NCBI GenBank assembly: GCA_023425285.1
Contig: JAFACY010000283.1
Span: 337 to 64,336, forward strand
Direction: 5' to 3'
DNA: 64,000 nt
Source: Bacillota bacterium
GTDB lineage: Bacteria > Bacillota > Clostridia > Tissierellales > Sedimentibacteraceae
Of the stretch, positions 58,940 to 64,000 are shown piece after piece (the stretch's first letter is position 1; each line of letters starts with the position of its first letter). The notes under the pieces are model-generated. The model had not been told where the DNA came from and made no database searches. It was given only the letters and a program-made list of their open reading frames with translations. Made by a program: the position numbers and the translations under genes.

Positions 58940-60018
58940 GACTTTGCTCCTCCTTTATTGCCAAAAACAAATTTGTATCTTACGAAAAATTCACAGCCAA
59001 GTATGAAAAATAAAATTATTCCCTGCAGAACCGAAGCCGAATAGGTCGATAATCCGTAGGTTGACTGCATTACACTGCTTCCCTTTTCCAATACACTGAA
59101 TAAAAATGATACAAGCAATATTCCTAACGGATTTAAATTTGCAAGCCATGCCACTATTATGGCAGTGAAGCCTACGCCTCCGGCAACAGACGCCGCCAGT
59201 GTCATATCGGAGCCGGCAGACTGTATAACTCCCGTTACACCACAAACACCACCGCTTAAAATCATCGTCCTTAAAACAATTTTTTTTACATTCATTCCTG
59301 CATATCGTGCGGTGGATTGACTTTCACCCACTACATTTATTTCATAGCCCTGCTTTGTATATCTTAAATAAATAAATATTATTACAACCAATATTATTCC
59401 TATAATCCACCCGAACTGTATGCCGAACACCTTATCCAGCTGAGCATTGGTAACAAATCTCGCAATTTTGGGAAACCCCGAGGACCCCGGGTCCTTCCAC
59501 GGACCGTCCCTCAAGAATGATATTACATGAAGAGCTATATAATTGAGCATCAATGTAAAAAGAGTTTCGTTTGTGTCAAATTTCGTTTTAAATATTGCTG
59601 GAATCAAGCCCCACAATCCTCCGCCTATAAATCCGGCTACAAACATTATCAGCAGCAATAATCCATGAGGTAAATTGCTGTGAAACAGCGCAAAGTATGA
59701 GGAGAACACTGCACCCATTATTATCTGTCCTTCTGCTCCTATGTTCCAGAATTTCATTTTAAAAGCAAGAATAACTCCCAATGAAGACATTAATAGAGGA
59801 ATCATAATTTTTATGGTTGCCTGTATAGCCATTTTACTTCTGAATGCACCCGATATGATTGTTCCGTACAGCTCCACCGGATTGTAGCCGATCATCAGGA
59901 TAAATAAGCCGCCTGCAACCAGGGCAAATACAAAAGCAATTATTCTGAGTCTCATTATCTCAAATTGAGATCTCTCAAGATTTTTAACAGTTCGTATAAA
60001 TGTCTTACTCATCCTCAT
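58936..60018 (-). CDS. Nucleoside ABC transporter permease (NupB-like)
   Basis: WNIGAEGQ, NETLFTLMLNY, GYEINVVG, GFTAIIVAWL. Confidence 0.85.
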   Translation of the reverse strand: MRMSKTFIRTVKNLERSQFEIMRLRIIAFVFALVAGGLFILMIGYNPVELYGTIISGAFRSKMAIQATIKIMIPLLMSSLGVILAFKMKFWNIGAEGQIIMGAVFSSYFALFHSNLPHGLLLLIMFVAGFIGGGLWGLIPAIFKTKFDTNETLFTLMLNYIALHVISFLRDGPWKDPGSSGFPKIARFVTNAQLDKVFGIQFGWIIGIILVVIIFIYLRYTKQGYEINVVGESQSTARYAGMNVKKIVLRTMILSGGVCGVTGVIQSAGSDMTLAASVAGGVGFTAIIVAWLANLNPLGILLVSFLFSVLEKGSSVMQSTYGLSTYSASVLQGIILFFILGCEFFVRYKFVFGNKGGAKS

Positions 60019-61540
60019 CAACTCCTTCCATGCTGCGTCCCGCCATCATCAATCCTATTTCTTCCTTCGTGGTTTCTCTTGCATTAACTATACCCTTTAC
60101 CTCTCCGTGACACAAAACCATAATTCTGTCGGAAAGCTCCAATAAAACGTCCAGGTCCTCACCTATGAATAATACTGCCACACCCTTTTGCTTCTGCTCA
60201 TTCAACAAGTCATAAATAAGATAGGATGAGTTTATGTCGAGACCTCTTACGGGATATGCGGTAATAAGGACGTTGGGATTTGATTCAATTTCTCTTCCTA
60301 AAAGTACCTTCTGCACATTTCCGCCTGACATCATTCTTACAGGCATATCAATATTTCTCGTTACAATTTCCAATTTGCTTACCAATTGCTCCGATAACTT
60401 CCTCGCCGGATTTTTATCCACGAAAAAGCCTCTGTTGCTCTTATATGATTTAAGCATTACATTTTCAACCATTCCCATGGAGCTTACAAGTCCCATGCCG
60501 AGACGATCCTCCGGAACAAAGCTCATGCTTATACCTAAGTTGATTATTTCATCCGGAGTCTTTCCTATGATGTTTTCCTTGTTGCACAATACTGCACCGT
60601 GCTTTATTTTCATCAAGCCCGCTATTGACTCGCACAATTCTTTCTGACCGCTTCCGGCAATGCCGGCAACACCTAATATTTCTCCTCTTTTAAGCTTGAA
60701 GTTTACATTTTTAAGCGCTTCTCTTCCGTCCTCTCCCACTACGGAAAGGTCAACCACCTTCAGTATTGTTTTTTTATTTTCTGTTTCCGGACGCTTAATT
60801 TTCAAGCTTACAGGTCTTCCCACCATTAATTCGGTAAGCTTATTTTCATCTGTGCAGCATGTTTCAACAGTGTCTATCAGATTTCCCTTTCTGAGAATTG
60901 CAACCCTGTCGCTTATTTCCATAACCTCATTGAGCTTGTGTGTTATGATAATTATGGCACTGCCCTGCTCCTTCATATTTCTTAAAATCCTGAACAGTCT
61001 TTCTGTTTCCTGAGGCGTAAGCACAGCTGTCGGTTCATCTAATATGAGTATTTTTGCACCGCGATACAGAACCTTCATTATTTCTACGGTCTGCTTCTCA
61101 CTTACGGACATGTTATATACTTCTTTATCCGAATCTATTTCAAGACCGAATTTATTGCTTATCTCTGATATTTTTTCTCTGAGGACCTTTGGCTTGTGAT
61201 ATTGTCCCTTAGTTCCAAGCACTATATTATCGGCAGCACTGAATGCTTCAACCAATTTGAAATGCTGGTGAATCATACCTATACCGAGATTGATCGCATC
61301 GTTTGGCGAAGAAATGGTTACGTCCCTGCCTGCGACAGTTATGGTGCCTCCGTCAGGATAATAAATTCCGGAAAGCATATTCATCAATGTTGTTTTACCC
61401 GAGCCGTTTTCTCCAAGCAACGCAAGAATTTCTCCGTATTTTATACCGAGATCTATACTGTTATTGGCAACGACACTTCCGAATTTTTTTGATATGCCCT
61501 TGAGCTCTATGGCGTAATTTTCTTTTTTTGTCTCAATCAT
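60005..61540 (-). CDS. Nucleoside ABC transporter ATP-binding protein (NupA-like, two ABC domains)
   Basis: GENGSGKTT, GMIHQHF, DEPTAVLTPQE, PEDR, SGGNVQK. Confidence 0.88.
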   Translation of the reverse strand: MIETKKENYAIELKGISKKFGSVVANNSIDLGIKYGEILALLGENGSGKTTLMNMLSGIYYPDGGTITVAGRDVTISSPNDAINLGIGMIHQHFKLVEAFSAADNIVLGTKGQYHKPKVLREKISEISNKFGLEIDSDKEVYNMSVSEKQTVEIMKVLYRGAKILILDEPTAVLTPQETERLFRILRNMKEQGSAIIIITHKLNEVMEISDRVAILRKGNLIDTVETCCTDENKLTELMVGRPVSLKIKRPETENKKTILKVVDLSVVGEDGREALKNVNFKLKRGEILGVAGIAGSGQKELCESIAGLMKIKHGAVLCNKENIIGKTPDEIINLGISMSFVPEDRLGMGLVSSMGMVENVMLKSYKSNRGFFVDKNPARKLSEQLVSKLEIVTRNIDMPVRMMSGGNVQKVLLGREIESNPNVLITAYPVRGLDINSSYLIYDLLNEQKQKGVAVLFIGEDLDVLLELSDRIMVLCHGEVKGIVNARETTKEEIGLMMAGRSMEGVDEDE

Positions 61541-61599
61541 AACTCTCCTCTGATAAAAACAGCCGGCTATTGACATTTGCATAGCCGGCTCGTTATATA

Positions 61600-62748
61600 T
61601 TATTTCACGCTGACTGTTTTAAAGTACCAGTTGATTCCTCCGGTAATCGTCGCATCGTCAAGTGTTTTTCCTGCTTCTCCGACAGTCTTGCCGTCATTTG
61701 TTTCTATAACGCCGTCAAAAACATTGAAGCTTCCGTCAAGTATTTTTTGTTCTGTTTCCTCGATAGCAGCTGCAGTACCGTCGGCAATAATATTTTCATT
61801 TAAAGGAGAAATTGCTATTAAGCCTTCCTTCATGCCACCAAAGTAATTTTCATTTGTCCAGTTTCCTTTCATTGCCTGCTCTGTAGCATATGTGTAGTAT
61901 GCTCCCCAATTCCATACTGCTGATGTCAATGTTGCTTTCGGTGCATCCTTAGACATGTCCGAATTGTAACCAATACCGAATTTTCCTGCCTTTTCCGCTT
62001 CCAGCTGAGGATTTGGTGTATCACAGTGCTGAGCTATTACATCAACGCCCTCAGCCAGCAATGCTTTTGCGGCATTTGTTTCTTCCTCTGGTGAATACCA
62101 GCTGTTTGTAACCTTTACGTATACCTTAGCATCCGGATTAACTGAGTAAACACCCATTGCAAATGCATTTATACCGCCTGTAACCTCTGAGTTATCCTGT
62201 CCCATAGCAGCTACGTAACCAATAAGATTTGTCTCTGTCTTAAGACCTGCAGCAATACCTGTTAAGTATCTTGCCTGATAAATTCTTCCGAAATAGTTGT
62301 TGAAGTTTGAAGCATTGCTTTTGTATCCTGAACCATGTGAGAAAATAACTTCAGGATATTCGTCTGCAAGTGCCTCCATTGTATCCATGTATCCCCAGCT
62401 TGTACCGAAAATTATGTCCGCACCCTCTTCTATACATTCAAGAATTGCTGTTTCAGTTGCTGTAGGGTCTGTATCATTAACATTATTTTTTCTTATTATC
62501 TGGCTGTCGGACAGACCAAGCGCTTTTTGCATTTCTACTATTCCCTGATCATGCGCAAAGGTGTATCCCGAACCGTCTGCAGGATTTCCTATGTGTATAA
62601 CGCCAACTTTAAAATCCTTATCAACGTTTGAACTTCCCGGTTCTTGAGGTGTTTGAGGCTCCTGAGGAGTTTGTGCTGCTTGCTGTGAACAAGCTGACAG
62701 CGAAAAGATGAGTATAAGCGACAAAATAATAATAAATAGTTTTTTCAT
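61600..62748 (-). CDS. BMP family purine nucleoside-binding lipoprotein
   Basis: Lipobox LSAC; DGSGYTFAHDQG, FGTSWGY, VIAQH, WNWG; downstream of a purine riboswitch. Confidence 0.9.
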   Translation of the reverse strand: MKKLFIIILSLILIFSLSACSQQAAQTPQEPQTPQEPGSSNVDKDFKVGVIHIGNPADGSGYTFAHDQGIVEMQKALGLSDSQIIRKNNVNDTDPTATETAILECIEEGADIIFGTSWGYMDTMEALADEYPEVIFSHGSGYKSNASNFNNYFGRIYQARYLTGIAAGLKTETNLIGYVAAMGQDNSEVTGGINAFAMGVYSVNPDAKVYVKVTNSWYSPEEETNAAKALLAEGVDVIAQHCDTPNPQLEAEKAGKFGIGYNSDMSKDAPKATLTSAVWNWGAYYTYATEQAMKGNWTNENYFGGMKEGLIAISPLNENIIADGTAAAIEETEQKILDGSFNVFDGVIETNDGKTVGEAGKTLDDATITGGINWYFKTVSVK

Positions 62749-62848
62749 TTTTTTCTCCTTATTTGTATTAGTGGATAAATCAATACGAACACCTCAATAA
62801 GCAGATGACCCAAACTTTATATTTGGTGTCAGTCACTTATGCTGGAAG

Positions 62849-62880
62849 TAAAAAAATACGTATAGAAAGACTATACGCAC
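62849..62880 (-). terminator. Riboswitch expression-platform terminator
   Basis: Minus strand GTGCGTATAG-TCTTT-CTATACGTA-TTTTTT. Confidence 0.75.
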
Positions 62881-62898
62881 CATATAAAAACTAAAACT

Positions 62899-62967
62899 AT
62901 CAATAGTCAAACAATTTACGGTTGTTTGGTAGAAACTTAGGAACCATATCTCCCACATTATATTGAT
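62899..62967 (-). ncRNA. Purine riboswitch aptamer, guanine type
   Basis: Minus strand ATCAATA-TAAT-GTGGGA-GATATGG-TTCCTA-AGTTTCTACC-AAACAA-CCGTAAA-TTGTTT-GAC-TATTGAT; C at the specificity position. Confidence 0.9.
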
Positions 62968-63102
62968 GCGTTCATATTTAATTTTCTTTTGTATGGATAT
63001 TATACCATACAAACAGGAATAAGCAAGTACTTTTTTCTTAATAATTTTCGTAATTAGTCAAATTATTGTTAATTAATTTGAGGTTATCGTTTGTTAATAT
63101 GA

Positions 63103-63858
63103 CTATTGCTTAAGTATCAGACCTACGGGGCAGTGATCGCTTCCATAAATCCCGGGACATATAAATGCATCCTCCAATTCATTCTGCAAGGCTTGCGATG
63201 TAACAAAATAATCGATTCTCCAGCCTATATTTCGTTCTCTTGCCTTTGCAAAATTTGACCACCATGAATATGCCTCTTCCTTATCCGGATAAAAGTATCT
63301 GAAGGTATCGATAAAGCCCGCAGCAATAAGCTCAGTCATCTTATTTCTCTCTTCCTCCGTAAAACCGGCATTCTTCTTGTTCGTTTTAGGGTTTTTTAAA
63401 TCTATTTCCTTGTGCGCAACGTTCAAATCTCCGCACATTATAACCGGCTTACATTCTTCCAGACCCTTAAGGTACTTTCTGAAATCATCCTCCCGGACCA
63501 TCCTGTAGTCCAGGCGCTCAAGCTCTCTTTTGGAATTGGGCGTATACACATTAACCAGGTAAAACTTATCAAATTCTAATGTTATTACTCTTCCTTCCTG
63601 GTCATGCTCCTCTATTCCGATGCCATAAGAGCACGATAACGGCTTATGCCTGGTAAATACGGCAGTACCCGAATATCCCTTCTTCACCGCATAGTTCCAG
63701 AAATCGTGATATCCTTCCAGATTCAACTCAATCTGACCCTCCTGAAGCTTGGTTTCCTGCAGGCAGAATATATCTGCGTCCAGTTCCTTGAATGCATCAA
63801 TAAAGCCCTTGTTTACACATGCTCTTAATCCGTTTACATTCCATGATATTAATTTCAT
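63103..63858 (-). CDS. xth: Exodeoxyribonuclease III (AP endonuclease)
   Basis: [39 protein letters not shown]. Confidence 0.95.
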   Translation of the reverse strand: MKLISWNVNGLRACVNKGFIDAFKELDADIFCLQETKLQEGQIELNLEGYHDFWNYAVKKGYSGTAVFTRHKPLSCSYGIGIEEHDQEGRVITLEFDKFYLVNVYTPNSKRELERLDYRMVREDDFRKYLKGLEECKPVIMCGDLNVAHKEIDLKNPKTNKKNAGFTEEERNKMTELIAAGFIDTFRYFYPDKEEAYSWWSNFAKARERNIGWRIDYFVTSQALQNELEDAFICPGIYGSDHCPVGLILKQ

Positions 63859-63885
63859 AATCTGCTCCCATCAATAATAGTCGCG

Positions 63886-64000
63886 CTATTCGTCACACTT
63901 AAGCACGCCGCCCTGTGAAAAGTTTTCAAAATCCATTTCTCTTATTATTATTTTCACAGCATCCTTCGGGCAATTTGCTGTTTCAGAAATTGCTTCCGTA
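63886..64000 (-). CDS. 4-oxalocrotonate tautomerase family protein, 3' part only (cut by window edge)
   Basis: Hand translation TEAISETANCPKDAVKIIIREMDFENFSQGGVLKCDE*. Confidence 0.7.
   Translation of the reverse strand, partial: TEAISETANCPKDAVKIIIREMDFENFSQGGVLKCDE

Noticed and set aside
62638..62675. TPQEPQTPQEP repeat in the BMP lipoprotein
   Set aside because: Ordinary low-complexity lipoprotein linker
1..64000. CRISPR array or cas genes
   Set aside because: No regularly spaced 25-45 bp repeats and no Cas-like ORFs were seen

Overview
The window has two parts. (1) About 1-26,653 is the right end of an integrative element (ICE/IME-type genomic island, visibly more GC-rich than the flank) inserted at the 3' end of a tRNA-Ser(CGA) gene (26654-26739, minus strand). 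Its plus-strand integration/regulation module is: 56-aa ORF, ECF-like sigma factor, a ~550-nt highly base-paired non-coding region, orphan MazF/PemK, excisionase-like HTH, and a tyrosine integrase that appears to start at ATA. Its ~21-kb minus-strand defence cargo is: STAND NTPase-TPR protein, cupin, small HTH, 42-aa ORF, a complete type I BREX (brxA, brxB, brxC, pglX, inserted membrane-protein gene, pglZ, brxL), GIY-YIG-like nuclease, then a decaying ADP-ribose module (macro-HTH with an early nonsense codon, DUF4268 nuclease, vWA, truncated ADP-ribosylglycohydrolase) that ends at a deletion junction with backbone genes. (2) About 26,740-64,000 is AT-rich chromosome of a Clostridia/Tissierellia-like firmicute (taxon inferred): sdaAA/AB, aldo-keto reductase, AI-2E transporter, radical SAM, SLH protein, ABC-F, alr, glyA, liv operon, Fur-family regulator with a metal permease, HU, yabN/mazG, yabM-like flippase, recD2, comF, a nucleoside ABC operon under a guanine-type purine riboswitch, and exonuclease III. 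The best candidates for something undescribed are the STAND-TPR/cupin/HTH head of the BREX operon and the large structured RNA between the sigma factor and MazF. All calls come from motif reading by eye; no database searches were run.
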